Counted from the first letter of the stretch, positions 6,731 through 16,972 are shown. The stretch: 41,918 nucleotides of DNA from Pseudomonadota bacterium (GCA_023457475.1 JAEWLO010000068.1:1-41918); one strand, 5' to 3'. Program-made: numbers and translations. Notes: generated from the sequence alone by a model not told the origin.

Positions 6731-7945
6731 GTGCCACCTTATCCGCCGCTTACAGCGACCCCATCTGCGAGGTGTCTCGTGTTGGTAGCTGCGCGCTGGG
6801 CGCTGCTGTGCCTGTTGCTGTGCTGGCTGAGCCCGGCGCTTGGGGCCGACGCGGATCACGCTTCGAAAGGCACTTCGGTTTTCCGTGACAGCAACGACGG
6901 CCACTTCGACATGTCGCGCTGGCTTCTGGAGCATCGCGGGTTCCTGCCGGTGCCGATTGTGATCACCGATCCCGCACTGGGCAATGGCGGCGGGCTGGCA
7001 CTGGCGTTCTTCCACCGCCCGCATGCCTCGGCACCGCCCGAGGGGCAGGGCGAGGACCCACCGAAGATGATCACCCCCGACATCTACGGCGGAATGGCGA
7101 TGCGTACCGAGAACGGCAGCAAGGCGTATGGCGTGGGCGCTTCGCTGCACTTCGATGACGACCGCTGGCGTTATCGCGGCGGGGTTGCCAAGGCCTCGAT
7201 GAATCTGGGCTTCCACACGCCCGGCACGCGCGCACCGCCGTTGGAGATCGACTACAACGTGGACGGTTTGCTCTCGTTCCAGCAGGGCTTTCGTCAGCTT
7301 GGCAACCGGGACCTGTACCTGGGTCTGGCCTGGATCTACATGGACGTGGACATCGGCTTCGACATCGACTCCGACCGGGATTTCTTCACCCAGCGGGAGC
7401 TGGCATCGCGCAGCTCCGGACTGGGGCTGTCGCTGGAGTACGACGGCCGCGACAACCCCTTTACCCCTTCCAGTGGCTGGCTGGGCATGATTGAAGGCAA
7501 CTTCTACCTGCCCGGCATCGGCAGCGATGTTGCGTTCCAGAGCTACCGGGGGCACGCCTACGGTTACTGGCCGCTGGGGCGTCATTTCGTGCTGGGCGGC
7601 CGCGCGGATGCCCGCTGGGCCGAGGGTGACATCCCGTTCTATCGGCTGCCCTACATCGACCTGCGCGGGATTGGCTCTGCCCGGTACCAGGACACCCGCG
7701 CCGGCGTGCTGGAAACCGAACTGCGCTGGAACGTTACCCCGCGCTGGTCCCTCATCGGATTCATGGGGGCCGGGCGCACCTGGGGTCGGCACAACAGCTT
7801 CAGCGACGCCAGCAGTCAGGTGTCCAAGGGCACAGGCGTGCGCTACCTGATCGCCCGGCAGCTGGGCATGCAGGTGGGGCTGGATTACGCATGGGGCCCG
7901 GAAGACGACACGTTCTACATTCAGGTGGGCAGCGCGTGGCGGTGA
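6731..7945 (+). CDS. Omp85/BamA-TamA-type outer-membrane barrel protein without obvious POTRA domains
   Basis: Signal peptide; YDGRDNPFTPSSG, IDLRG and terminal FYIQVGSAWR; 6 bp after the HAD gene. Start uncertain. Confidence 0.82.
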   Translation: MPPYPPLTATPSARCLVLVAARWALLCLLLCWLSPALGADADHASKGTSVFRDSNDGHFDMSRWLLEHRGFLPVPIVITDPALGNGGGLALAFFHRPHASAPPEGQGEDPPKMITPDIYGGMAMRTENGSKAYGVGASLHFDDDRWRYRGGVAKASMNLGFHTPGTRAPPLEIDYNVDGLLSFQQGFRQLGNRDLYLGLAWIYMDVDIGFDIDSDRDFFTQRELASRSSGLGLSLEYDGRDNPFTPSSGWLGMIEGNFYLPGIGSDVAFQSYRGHAYGYWPLGRHFVLGGRADARWAEGDIPFYRLPYIDLRGIGSARYQDTRAGVLETELRWNVTPRWSLIGFMGAGRTWGRHNSFSDASSQVSKGTGVRYLIARQLGMQVGLDYAWGPEDDTFYIQVGSAWR

Positions 7946-8105
7946 GGCAGGCTCCGCCAAGCCGCGCAGTGACACGCCATGCGTGTCATCCATCACCGTT
8001 CGAACATGACAAAGGACACGCATGGCGTGTCTCTACGCAGGCACTGCCCGCCATCAGAGATCCGTGCCAGACTCGATAGTTCAAGCTTGCCTGGAAAGGA
8101 CCCGC

Positions 8106-9230
8106 GTGCAGACCAGATACTTCATCCTTCTTCTTTCAGCTGTCGCGCTGCTGGCAGCACCCATGGTTGCGATGTCAGCACCCGCTCCCGAAGGGCGCGG
8201 CGAAGCCGTCAAGGTCATCTCAGAGCTGCGCCGCGTGGTAGCCGATGACGGCATCGAACGGCTTGAGAAGGTCCGCATCGGCGGCATCGACCAGTGGGTA
8301 TCCATCCGCGGAAGCGATCGCCGCAACCCGGTTCTACTGATGCTTCACGGTGGCCCCGGCTGGGTCGCGATGCCCACAAGCTGGTACTTCCAGCGCGGGT
8401 GGGAAGAGTTTTTCACCGTGGTCCAGTGGGATCAGCGCGGTGCCGGCAAGACCTACGTGGCGAATGATCCGAACGCCGTGGCACCGACGATGAACCGCGA
8501 GCGCATGATTGCCGACACCGAAGAGATGATCGGTTGGCTCCGCAAGGAGTTCGGCAAGGACAAGGTCTTCGTCATCGGTCAGTCCTGGGGAAGCTACCTG
8601 GGCCTGGAGGTTGCGCGGCGGCATCCAGAATGGCTGCATGCCTACGTGGGTATCGGCCAGATATCGAATGCACCTGAAAGTGAGCGGCGGGGCTGGGCAT
8701 GGACCCTGCAGCAGGCAACGGACGATGGAAACGCCGAGGCGATTGCCGATCTGAAGGCAGTTGCGCCCTACGCCAAAGGAGGCGCGCCGATTCCGCTGGA
8801 CGATCTGTTCAAGCAACGGAAGTGGCTGAACTACTACGGTGGCATGGTGCACAACCGCAGGGGCGGCGACGCGGAGGCGGCTGCGGTGAAGCTCTCCCCG
8901 GAATACACCGACCAGGATGTCGCCGGCGTCTGGAAGGGGAACGACTTCTCGATGGAGCACCTGTTGTCCGACGTGCTGACACTGGACATGAGCGGGTACA
9001 AGGAGTTCAACGTTCCGATGTTCCTGTTCCTTGGGCGTCACGATATCAATGTGTCTTCCGAGCTCGCCGCCGAATGGTTCGAGGGTATCAAGGCGCCGCA
9101 GAAACAGCTGGTCTGGTTCGAGGATTCCGCCCATGAGGTCATGATCGAGGAGCCGGGCAAGACCCTCGTCAGTCTGGTGCGGTATCTTCGCCCCATTGCG
9201 GAACGTGCGGGTGATGTGGTCCCTGAGTAG
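8106..9230 (+). CDS. Secreted alpha/beta hydrolase (proline iminopeptidase-like)
   Basis: HGGPG, WDQRGAGK, nucleophile elbow GQSWG, FEDSAH; signal peptide after GTG 8106 with RBS GGAAAGGA. Confidence 0.9.
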   Translation: MQTRYFILLLSAVALLAAPMVAMSAPAPEGRGEAVKVISELRRVVADDGIERLEKVRIGGIDQWVSIRGSDRRNPVLLMLHGGPGWVAMPTSWYFQRGWEEFFTVVQWDQRGAGKTYVANDPNAVAPTMNRERMIADTEEMIGWLRKEFGKDKVFVIGQSWGSYLGLEVARRHPEWLHAYVGIGQISNAPESERRGWAWTLQQATDDGNAEAIADLKAVAPYAKGGAPIPLDDLFKQRKWLNYYGGMVHNRRGGDAEAAAVKLSPEYTDQDVAGVWKGNDFSMEHLLSDVLTLDMSGYKEFNVPMFLFLGRHDINVSSELAAEWFEGIKAPQKQLVWFEDSAHEVMIEEPGKTLVSLVRYLRPIAERAGDVVPE

Positions 9231-9467
9231 TCAGAAGATGCCGCCTCTGATTTATCGGGGACTGTGACCGGATTTGTGTGTCAGTCGCCCTGTTCATGTC
9301 TTGGCATAGGTAAATCTACTTGCATCTCTCCTGTGAAAATACGGAGGCCCCGGTGCGTTACGGAGAACAACATGACACCGCATAACCTTGCCGCGCGATA
9401 GAGGGTTGCCTGGCCATGTGGGCACTCGCGGGGCATCCCGTAACTGTGCCTGCATGGAGATCCCGCG

Positions 9468-12400
9468 ATGCGCGCTGCCGATCGACCCATACGCTCCCGC
9501 CTCATTGGCCCCGTCCGTCGGCCCGCGCTCAAGCGCACCCTGTCGCTGTCCATCGCCTCGCTCATCACAGCCCTGAATGCCATGGTGATACTGCCTGCGG
9601 CCCAGGCCCAGGTGGTTGTAGCCGATGAAACGCTGGACTTCACAGGCACGGGCACCATCGATCTATCGTTGACCGTGGGCCCGAACGGCATTGCCAATTT
9701 TCAAGGAGCGAACTGGCTCATCGGTTCGGTGCCCGGAATACCGCGCCTTGATGTGCTCGGCACCGGGGTCGTCAACCAGACCGACAGCATCATTCGCTTT
9801 TCACCGGCCGCGCAGATCGCAGTGCAGGCGGGTGGCGTGTTCACCATCACGGGAGCATCTGCCATTCTTGCGGCGGATGGCAGCGTGTCCGATGCAAGGC
9901 TGACCAACGACGGCACCTTCGACTTCTCGCAGATCACCACGGCGCTGCCGCTCTCCGCACGAATCGATCTGGTCGATCCGGTCAACGTACCGATCAACGC
10001 AGGTGTCGCGCTTGGGAGCCTTGCGGGAACAGGGACGATCAACATGACGGACCGGGTACTGGTCATCGGCACGGACAACACAGAAAGCGCCTTTGCCGGC
10101 TCGGTGGCGTTGGGCAGCAGCGGTCGCTTCCTGAAAGCCGGGATGGGCACCCTGACCATTGACGGTTCCCAGTTCCAAGGCGGCGAGACGTTTGTTGGGC
10201 AAGGGACGTTCGCGCAGACCGCGGGAAACACCGGTATCAGCTACCTTTCGCTGGGCATTGGCGCGGGCAGCGAGGGCACGCTCGAGGTGAGCGGCGGCAC
10301 GCTCACCATCGGCACATCGCTGCACGTGGGCGACTTCGGGGGCGCCGGTACCGTCAATCAGACGGGCGGCAGCGTAGTACTCACCCCCCTGTGCGGCAAC
10401 CCCGCCAACTGCGTTTCGTTCAATATCGGCAACCAGGGTGGCAGCGGCATCTATCGCCTTTCCGGCGGCACGCTCGACTTCTCGGAAGGGTTCCTCGTGC
10501 TCGGGCGCAATACGAACCCGAATGCGGCGAGCACCGGCATTCTGGAGATCAGTGGCAGCGGGCATGCAACGCTGGGACCCGGTGCAACGCTTGTGCTCGG
10601 CAACAACAACCCGGCCACCACGCCCGGCACCGGCACCATCAACCAGACCGGCGGCACGCTGACGGTGGACAACACATCGTTCCTGAATCTCTCAGGCAGC
10701 GGTGCTGGCACGTACAACCTCAATGGCGGCACGCTGCAGATTGGCGGCACATCCCTGGTCAACAACTACCTGGCGCTTGGTGGGCCGTATGCCCTGAACC
10801 TGGGCGGCGGCACCGTGCAGGCGTTTGGCAGCGCGCTGGTCGCCGAGGCTGATGCCATGCTGACAGGGAGCTCCAGCTTCGACAGCAATGGCCTGGGCAT
10901 CCGCTGGAACGGCGTGCTGTCGGGTGCAGGTACGTTGAACAAGACGGGGGCCGGAGCGCTCACCTTGACGGCGAGCAATCTCTATTCGGGTGGCACCCAG
11001 GTGGTTGCCGGCACGCTGAACGTGCTGCGCAACGATGTGCTGGGCAGCGGCACGGTGACGATTCTCGACCAGGGAACCGTTGATGTAGCGCCAGAGGTGA
11101 CGGGCGATTTCAGCTTCAACAACGCACTCGCAGGGACCGGCCTCTTCAACGTTTCGTTACTGGACCCCGCTGACGCCTTCTCACTGGGCAACGCCAACGG
11201 TCAGTTCCAGGGCATAGTTCGCCTAGGTAACAGCCAGTTCGCGCTTTCCGGAACCAATACCACAGCACTCTCGGGTGCGACGCTCGCACTGGGCGCTGGC
11301 AATACTACGGTGGTGGGAAGCGGGGAGCAGGCTATAGGCGGCCTCACGCTCGAAGGTGCCTACCTCGACTTCAGTGACGCCGTGGTCCAGCTCCCGTCGG
11401 GCGCGCAAGCCGGCAGTTGGATATCCACCGGGGCGCTGGCGCTATTGGGGGGACGGGTAGGTATCGACTTCGCCAGCAGCGACCTGCAGAGCCAGCCCGG
11501 CATCTCCGGGGCAGGCAATCTGCTCAGCCAGGACGACAACGTACAGGTGGCCCTGATACGGTCCGGCACCGCGCCCATTGGCAACGTAAGCAATCTGTCG
11601 TTGGTTGACCGTTCGAGTGGCCAGCCCATCAGCGACGCCTTTTCTGTGAACGTCATCCAGGGCGGCAGCACCGTCGCCGTGGCGGACTACGACTTCATCT
11701 TCAACACGGTCGATGGCTCCGGCGCACAGGGGTTGTTCGTGGGCTACGGCCTGCGGCAACTCGATCTGCAGAACGGGCAGGCCTTGGCCCTGGCTCCCAC
11801 GTCCACAGCCTCCGGACAGGCCACTGATCTGGCCGCGCTGCTCATCGGCGGCGGCGGGCTCATCATTGATGCGGGTGGCAACCGCGTCAGCCTGTCCAAC
11901 GCCGCCAATGACTACCGCGGTGACACGCAGGTGCGCAGTGGCACGCTTCAGTTCGCCAACGATGGGGTGCTGGGGCTGACCTCGCTGCTCGACATCGCTC
12001 CGGGGGCTTCCGTGGAGACAGGTTCCTTCAACCAAAGCATCGGAAAGCTGATCGCGCAGCCAGGCAGCCGCCTCGTAGTTGATGGCGTGCTGACCATCAC
12101 CGATGCACAGCGGGCCGCCGGCGATCCCAGCGGCGGCTCTTTGGACGCTGGAACGCTGTACGGAACCGGTTCGCTGGTACTGGATCCCAGCCTGTTCGAG
12201 GTAAACGGTGCCAACGCCGGGTATACCGGCGACGTGACCGTGAGCGAGGGTTCCCACGTCATTCTCAACAATGCACAAGGCGTCGGCTCCGCAGGTACGC
12301 TTACCCTGGCTGGTGACGACGATCTCCTCACGTTTGGTCAGGTCGCGGCTGCCCCGGGCGTGGCACCGTCCGGGGTGTTCAGCAAGTCACTCGCAGGGCA

Positions 12401-14156
12401 GGGCACCGTGCAACTCATCGATGCGGCGGCGATCTCCCTGGGGGCCGACAACAGCGCCTTCTCAGGCCTGTTCGACATCGCACCGGGCACCACGCTGAAT
12501 GCCGGCCAGGCCAGCCACCTCGGGAGCGCGGCGGTGACAAACGAGGGAACCTTCGGGTTGTCCGCGGCGAGCAACTGGTCGTTGACCAATGCAGTCGCCG
12601 GGGCAGGGACGGTGGTGAAGACCGGCGCAGCCACATTGACCGTGACGCAGGCCTTGTCCGGCTTCACCGGCACCACCCAGATCAACGCCGGCACGCTTGA
12701 GCTTGCGTCCGCGGGTGTCATTGGCGGCAACGCAACCATCGCACCCGGGGCGCGGTTGTTGGCGCTGAACGCTGCGGCGATTCAGGGGCCGGTCGGCAAC
12801 GCAGGCGAATTCCAGGTTCAGGGCGCGGTCCGTACGGGCGGGTTCGTGAACAGCGGCACACTGCGGCTGGTGGGCTCCACCATCGGCAACACGTTGACCG
12901 TCAATGGCGACTACGAAGGGCAGGGCGGCACCGTGTTCCTCAACACCGTGCTGGCGGGCGACGACGCCCCGACCGACCGCCTGATCGTGCTGGGCAACAC
13001 CCGCGGCTCCAGTTGGCTGCAGGTAAACGGCGTTGCGGGCAACCAGCAGGGCACCACGCAGGGCATCCGGGTGGTGCAGGTGGATGGCCAATCCGACGGC
13101 GTGTTCACTTTGCAGGGGCGCGTGGTTGGCGGGCCGTTCGAGTATGGGTTGTTCCAAGGCAGTATTTCGGCCCCGGCGGACGGCGACTGGTACCTGCGTG
13201 CGCAGGCGGTGCGTCCCGAAGTGGGTGCCTACCTGGGCAATCAGTACGCCGCAGCCACCCTGCTGCGACAGACCCTGCGCGAGCGCACCGGCGAGCCGTC
13301 CTACGTGCAGGTCACCGAGGACAACACCACCGCCGCATGGGCGCGGTACCAGGGCCAGCAGATCCAGAGCGGCTTCCGCCTGGATGGACTGCAGCAGGAC
13401 CTGCGCGTGCAGACGGACATGCTGCAGGTGGGTATGGAGTTCCTGCGCAGACTGGGCAGCCACGGCCGCTGGCATGCCGGTCTCATGGCCGCACACGGAG
13501 AAACCACCACGGATGCGGACTCCCTTGTGCTGGAACGTTCAGCACGCGGCCGGGTGACGGCCAATGCATTGGGAGGCTATGCCACCTGGTTCCAGGACCC
13601 CACTGCGGTGACAGGTGCATATGTGGATGCCTGGCTGCAGTACGCCAGCTTCGACAACAAGGTGCGTGGCGATGGCCTCCCACAGGAGAAGTACGATGCC
13701 GACAGCTGGACCACGTCGGTGGAGGCGGGTTACACCTTTGCCGTCCATGAAAGTGGGTCGGGTGCGCTGTATCTGGAACCGCAGCTGCAAGCGCTCTACA
13801 CCGACTTTTCGGTAGACAGCCATCGAGAGACCAACGGCACGGAAGTGCAGGGGCGCAATGGCGGGCTGACCACGCGGCTCGGCCTTCGCGTGCATGGCGG
13901 ATCGCGTGACGACCGCTGGGGACGGGTGCACCCCTTTGCCGAGATCAACTGGTGGTACACCGCGAAGGACAACCTCGTGGTGTTCGACGGCCGCCGCGTG
14001 CAGCAGGATCTTCCCAGCGATGTTTACGAGGCCCGGGTCGGGTTTGACGTGTCCTTCAACCCGCGCTGGAGCAGCTCGCTCAGCCTCGGGCTGCAGGATG
14101 GCAGCGACGACTACCGGAATGTGGTGGGTACAGCGGGGCTCCGCGCGGCATGGTAA
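9468..14156 (+). CDS. Type Va autotransporter (AIDA-I-like adhesin), 1562 aa
   Basis: Signal ending AQA; Gly/Thr/Asn-rich beta-helical passenger with PATR repeats (LNKTGAGALTLTASNLYSGGTQVVAGTL); autochaperone (TLTVNGDYEGQGG...TDRLIVLGNT); barrel starting RPEVGAYLGN and ending in W. Confidence 0.95.
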   Translation: MRAADRPIRSRLIGPVRRPALKRTLSLSIASLITALNAMVILPAAQAQVVVADETLDFTGTGTIDLSLTVGPNGIANFQGANWLIGSVPGIPRLDVLGTGVVNQTDSIIRFSPAAQIAVQAGGVFTITGASAILAADGSVSDARLTNDGTFDFSQITTALPLSARIDLVDPVNVPINAGVALGSLAGTGTINMTDRVLVIGTDNTESAFAGSVALGSSGRFLKAGMGTLTIDGSQFQGGETFVGQGTFAQTAGNTGISYLSLGIGAGSEGTLEVSGGTLTIGTSLHVGDFGGAGTVNQTGGSVVLTPLCGNPANCVSFNIGNQGGSGIYRLSGGTLDFSEGFLVLGRNTNPNAASTGILEISGSGHATLGPGATLVLGNNNPATTPGTGTINQTGGTLTVDNTSFLNLSGSGAGTYNLNGGTLQIGGTSLVNNYLALGGPYALNLGGGTVQAFGSALVAEADAMLTGSSSFDSNGLGIRWNGVLSGAGTLNKTGAGALTLTASNLYSGGTQVVAGTLNVLRNDVLGSGTVTILDQGTVDVAPEVTGDFSFNNALAGTGLFNVSLLDPADAFSLGNANGQFQGIVRLGNSQFALSGTNTTALSGATLALGAGNTTVVGSGEQAIGGLTLEGAYLDFSDAVVQLPSGAQAGSWISTGALALLGGRVGIDFASSDLQSQPGISGAGNLLSQDDNVQVALIRSGTAPIGNVSNLSLVDRSSGQPISDAFSVNVIQGGSTVAVADYDFIFNTVDGSGAQGLFVGYGLRQLDLQNGQALALAPTSTASGQATDLAALLIGGGGLIIDAGGNRVSLSNAANDYRGDTQVRSGTLQFANDGVLGLTSLLDIAPGASVETGSFNQSIGKLIAQPGSRLVVDGVLTITDAQRAAGDPSGGSLDAGTLYGTGSLVLDPSLFEVNGANAGYTGDVTVSEGSHVILNNAQGVGSAGTLTLAGDDDLLTFGQVAAAPGVAPSGVFSKSLAGQGTVQLIDAAAISLGADNSAFSGLFDIAPGTTLNAGQASHLGSAAVTNEGTFGLSAASNWSLTNAVAGAGTVVKTGAATLTVTQALSGFTGTTQINAGTLELASAGVIGGNATIAPGARLLALNAAAIQGPVGNAGEFQVQGAVRTGGFVNSGTLRLVGSTIGNTLTVNGDYEGQGGTVFLNTVLAGDDAPTDRLIVLGNTRGSSWLQVNGVAGNQQGTTQGIRVVQVDGQSDGVFTLQGRVVGGPFEYGLFQGSISAPADGDWYLRAQAVRPEVGAYLGNQYAAATLLRQTLRERTGEPSYVQVTEDNTTAAWARYQGQQIQSGFRLDGLQQDLRVQTDMLQVGMEFLRRLGSHGRWHAGLMAAHGETTTDADSLVLERSARGRVTANALGGYATWFQDPTAVTGAYVDAWLQYASFDNKVRGDGLPQEKYDADSWTTSVEAGYTFAVHESGSGALYLEPQLQALYTDFSVDSHRETNGTEVQGRNGGLTTRLGLRVHGGSRDDRWGRVHPFAEINWWYTAKDNLVVFDGRRVQQDLPSDVYEARVGFDVSFNPRWSSSLSLGLQDGSDDYRNVVGTAGLRAAW

Positions 14157-14174
14157 CGCTGGGCTCTGCCCGGC
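14153..14174 (+). repeat. Degenerate GTAG-type REP palindrome
   Basis: GTAACGCTGGGCTCTGCCCGGC matches 41900-41918 (GTAGCGCCGGGCTCTGCCC) at 17 of 19 positions. Confidence 0.55.
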
Positions 14175-14244
14175 CGGGCGACTCAAAGGATTGAACATGG
14201 ACATCGGAGGCGTAGTACTCGTCAGCCATTCGCGATCACACTCC

Positions 14245-15063
14245 CTACCTTCCTCGGCAGCGCGGAAACTGGCTGCAACCCTGGAAGCTCTGACCGGTAC
14301 GACGATTCGTCCTTTCAACAAGCGCGCTGCCGCACTTCGGGCACGCGCTCGCGGGAGACGAAGGGGGCAGGGCAGGGGAAAGGGACGGTTCGATTCGCGT
14401 GGTTGCCTGCGGCACTGAGGCCGGGGGCTGCACCGCGCGTATCATCTCCAGCAGCGCTTCTCCGCTGACAAGCTCGATGGGCTTTCCCGCTGCGAACGCC
14501 TCGGCGTCCCGGGTAAAGGTTCCGATACCGACAATCTTCACGGCACTGGCACCGTGGTGCGCCAGCAGCCCCGCCATCTCACGCACCACGCTGACGCCAA
14601 CCTGACGCCGATTCCATTGCTTGCATTGCACAAGCACCTTCCGGCCCTGCTTGCGCAGGATCAGGTCGATGCCGCCGTCCGGGCCACCCAATCCGGTTTC
14701 CTCCACCGCGTACCCTTGGCGACGAAAAGCCTCGCCGACCAGCAGCTCGAACTCATGCCAGCTGCCGGAGGCCAGGTTCTCCAATGTGTTGCAGGTATCC
14801 AGAAGCCGGCGGCGGCGACGTGCGCCAAGGAAGGAGGCGAGCGCGGCCATCCAGCAAAGCGCCAGCACCAGCCAGGCGAAGGGAGCGAACAGGGGCCCCA
14901 GGCTGGCACCCAGCCCTTGCGTCAATGCGCCGCCGTGGCTGGAGAACCACCACGCGGGCAGGTGTCGGATCGCAAAGAAGCCGAGCACGCCGGCGAGGAT
15001 GCCGACAGGCCACGGCAGGCCGGCCAGCGCCGCGAATCCGTCCTTGTTTCGTCTGCGCGCCAT
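14245..15063 (-). CDS. Mrr-family (type IV) restriction endonuclease with N-terminal TM helices and C-terminal topoisomerase-type C4 zinc ribbon
   Basis: WHEFELLVGEAFRRQGY, DGGIDL...VQCKQW (D-QxK), CPKCG...FQGCSQFPRC. Confidence 0.92.
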   Translation of the reverse strand: MARRRNKDGFAALAGLPWPVGILAGVLGFFAIRHLPAWWFSSHGGALTQGLGASLGPLFAPFAWLVLALCWMAALASFLGARRRRRLLDTCNTLENLASGSWHEFELLVGEAFRRQGYAVEETGLGGPDGGIDLILRKQGRKVLVQCKQWNRRQVGVSVVREMAGLLAHHGASAVKIVGIGTFTRDAEAFAAGKPIELVSGEALLEMIRAVQPPASVPQATTRIEPSLSPALPPSSPASACPKCGSALVERTNRRTGQSFQGCSQFPRCRGR

Positions 15064-15330
15064 GCGAGATCCTCCGCTCTGTAGGCCAAGATAACGAAAG
15101 GGGAAAGTGCTGTCAGCAGGTAGGGAGAATTCCTATGCCCGCTTCCATGCACGTGTGCCACGCTGAGCGTTCGCCAGCAAGTCATCCACAACTGCCCGGC
15201 CTTGCGCTGGCTCGCCACTAACGTTTTGTCTAGCGGCGCTGTATTGACGGAACGCCTGTTTGCGCTCGAAGATGGAAACTGCCCCGCCTGTGACGGCGGA
15301 CCGAATGGACGCAATCAAGGACGAACCTAC

Positions 15331-16005
15331 GTGTATCTACGCGATGTGATGGTGGTGCCAAGCGCGGTTGGCAAAGAGGGTGTCTTCCGCCTTCGTGCCA
15401 GTTCCGATCATGTGCTGGACGTCCTGCGCCACCACCTGCCGAAGAAGTACGTTTTCAACGACCTGCGCAGACTGGTGCTCCAACTCGGCCCCGGACGGCC
15501 CGCCATTGAGCCCATCTTCACGAACTTGGACGGCGTCGGGATGTACCAGATACCGGAGTTCGATCTTCCTGCCTACTTCGAGGCGACCCAGGACGAGCAG
15601 AATGAAATCATCCTGACGCTTGTGGAGACGGCGTTCTCCACGTTTTCGCGGAAGTTCGGCACGGATCCCGTCCCGCTGCAGGCGGCGGTGGACGCCGTAC
15701 GCGCCTGTGGTTTCCATCTCGAGACCGATCTCAAGTGCTCAAGGACACATCCTGGTCGTGCATTGCGCGTGCATGTGATCCGCCGCTTCGCGCCGGGCGG
15801 CGTCTTTGTGCGGGTGGTGGTGCGGGCTTCGAAGGGTAAGGTGCTGCACGATGAAATCGTGGCCGCCGGCATGTGGGTCGTCTCGGTGGGTGACGCGTAC
15901 CACAGCAGCCGCTGGAACGGCGACACCCTGGAGATTCTGGGCATCTCCGGGAAGCAGACGGCGGAGGTTCCTTGCGCTCCATTCCTGGAGAGGATCGTTA
16001 CGTGA
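15331..16005 (+). CDS. Hypothetical protein (orphan, possibly immunity-like)
   Basis: Long ORF; GTG 15331 after AAGGA; no recognisable catalytic motif. Confidence 0.65.
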   Translation: MYLRDVMVVPSAVGKEGVFRLRASSDHVLDVLRHHLPKKYVFNDLRRLVLQLGPGRPAIEPIFTNLDGVGMYQIPEFDLPAYFEATQDEQNEIILTLVETAFSTFSRKFGTDPVPLQAAVDAVRACGFHLETDLKCSRTHPGRALRVHVIRRFAPGGVFVRVVVRASKGKVLHDEIVAAGMWVVSVGDAYHSSRWNGDTLEILGISGKQTAEVPCAPFLERIVT

Positions 16006-16063
16006 GTTTGATCCCAATTCGCATCGCCGTGCCCGCTGGTCCGCCTGTCAGGAGGTTGGTGTC

Positions 16064-16522
16064 ATGTTCAATTGGCTGAAGCAGATCTGGGAAGGTCCCG
16101 TTGTCGCAAGAACCGATCATCCTCTCTTTGGACCCATGGAGCTCAACAGGATTCGTGGGGAGGAGAGTTGGGACGCAGAATCCGTCTCTATTGGAGGTCG
16201 CACAGTCGCCGCGTACTTCAGAACGTCCGAATCGCGACTGCCATCCGAGGCGCAGATTCGCTTCCTGCGAGACACCATAGGCAGCCTGGATGCTACCTTC
16301 AAGAAGGCCGAAGCCGTCCTGGCACCTGCGTATGAGGAGATCTATGGCTCGTTTGCGGGTTCTCTGAGCGAGATTTTCGAGCTGGCGGGTGTCGAGGTCC
16401 CGTTGGATGGCAACCCGAGTAATCCGTGGATGCTCCAGTTCGAGACACTCAGTGGTCGCTATGCCCTCTTCACTGTCTACTTCCGGGACGGGGCGGCGGT
16501 GGACTTTCAACTCGACACCTGA
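16064..16522 (+). CDS. Hypothetical protein (orphan, possibly immunity-like), 152 aa
   Basis: RBS AGGAGG; MFNWLK...DHPLFGPM...TVYFRDG; acidic. Confidence 0.75.
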   Translation: MFNWLKQIWEGPVVARTDHPLFGPMELNRIRGEESWDAESVSIGGRTVAAYFRTSESRLPSEAQIRFLRDTIGSLDATFKKAEAVLAPAYEEIYGSFAGSLSEIFELAGVEVPLDGNPSNPWMLQFETLSGRYALFTVYFRDGAAVDFQLDT

Positions 16523-16555
16523 CGATCCGCTGAAGCACTTACCAAGGAAGGTCCC

Positions 16556-16972
16556 GTGGAAAACCCCTATGAGTCGTCAACGGCCACCGTACCCAGCAGC
16601 CCCGGGCGGTGGAAGAACAACGCACATACTGTCGTCTCAGTGCTGATCGCCACGTTCGGTGTACTGCAGTTTCTTGGGATGATGCTGATATCCGCCGCGC
16701 ACCTGGGGTCTCGTTACGCCGATGCGCTACCGCTCCCGCAGCTTGCATTCGGTGCGCTCCTGTCTTCATCGTTGTTGCTGGGCGGCATTACGCTCCTGCT
16801 GCGTCGAAGGATCTGCGTGTTTTTCTTCGCGGCCTTTCTTGTCGCCTATGTAATGAAGAACGGAACCACCGAAGCGTTCAGCCCAAGCTCCGTGGCGTTT
16901 GGCTTTGCGTTCCTGGCCTACGCCTCCTGGCGGTGGAAGCTCGGGCACCTCAAGGGTTGGCCTGGCGGCTGA
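16556..16972 (+). CDS. Hypothetical 4-TM membrane protein with N-terminal NPY motif
   Basis: RBS AAGGAAGG; MENPYESS followed by hydrophobic helices. Confidence 0.7.
   Translation: MENPYESSTATVPSSPGRWKNNAHTVVSVLIATFGVLQFLGMMLISAAHLGSRYADALPLPQLAFGALLSSSLLLGGITLLLRRRICVFFFAAFLVAYVMKNGTTEAFSPSSVAFGFAFLAYASWRWKLGHLKGWPGG

Noticed and set aside
6014..8023. 669-aa minus-strand ORF, and similar long antisense ORFs (21998-23842, 24154-25749, 28805-30664, 33995-36271, 38700-40598)
   Set aside because: Shadow frames opposite well-supported genes; expected in high-GC DNA; no motifs.
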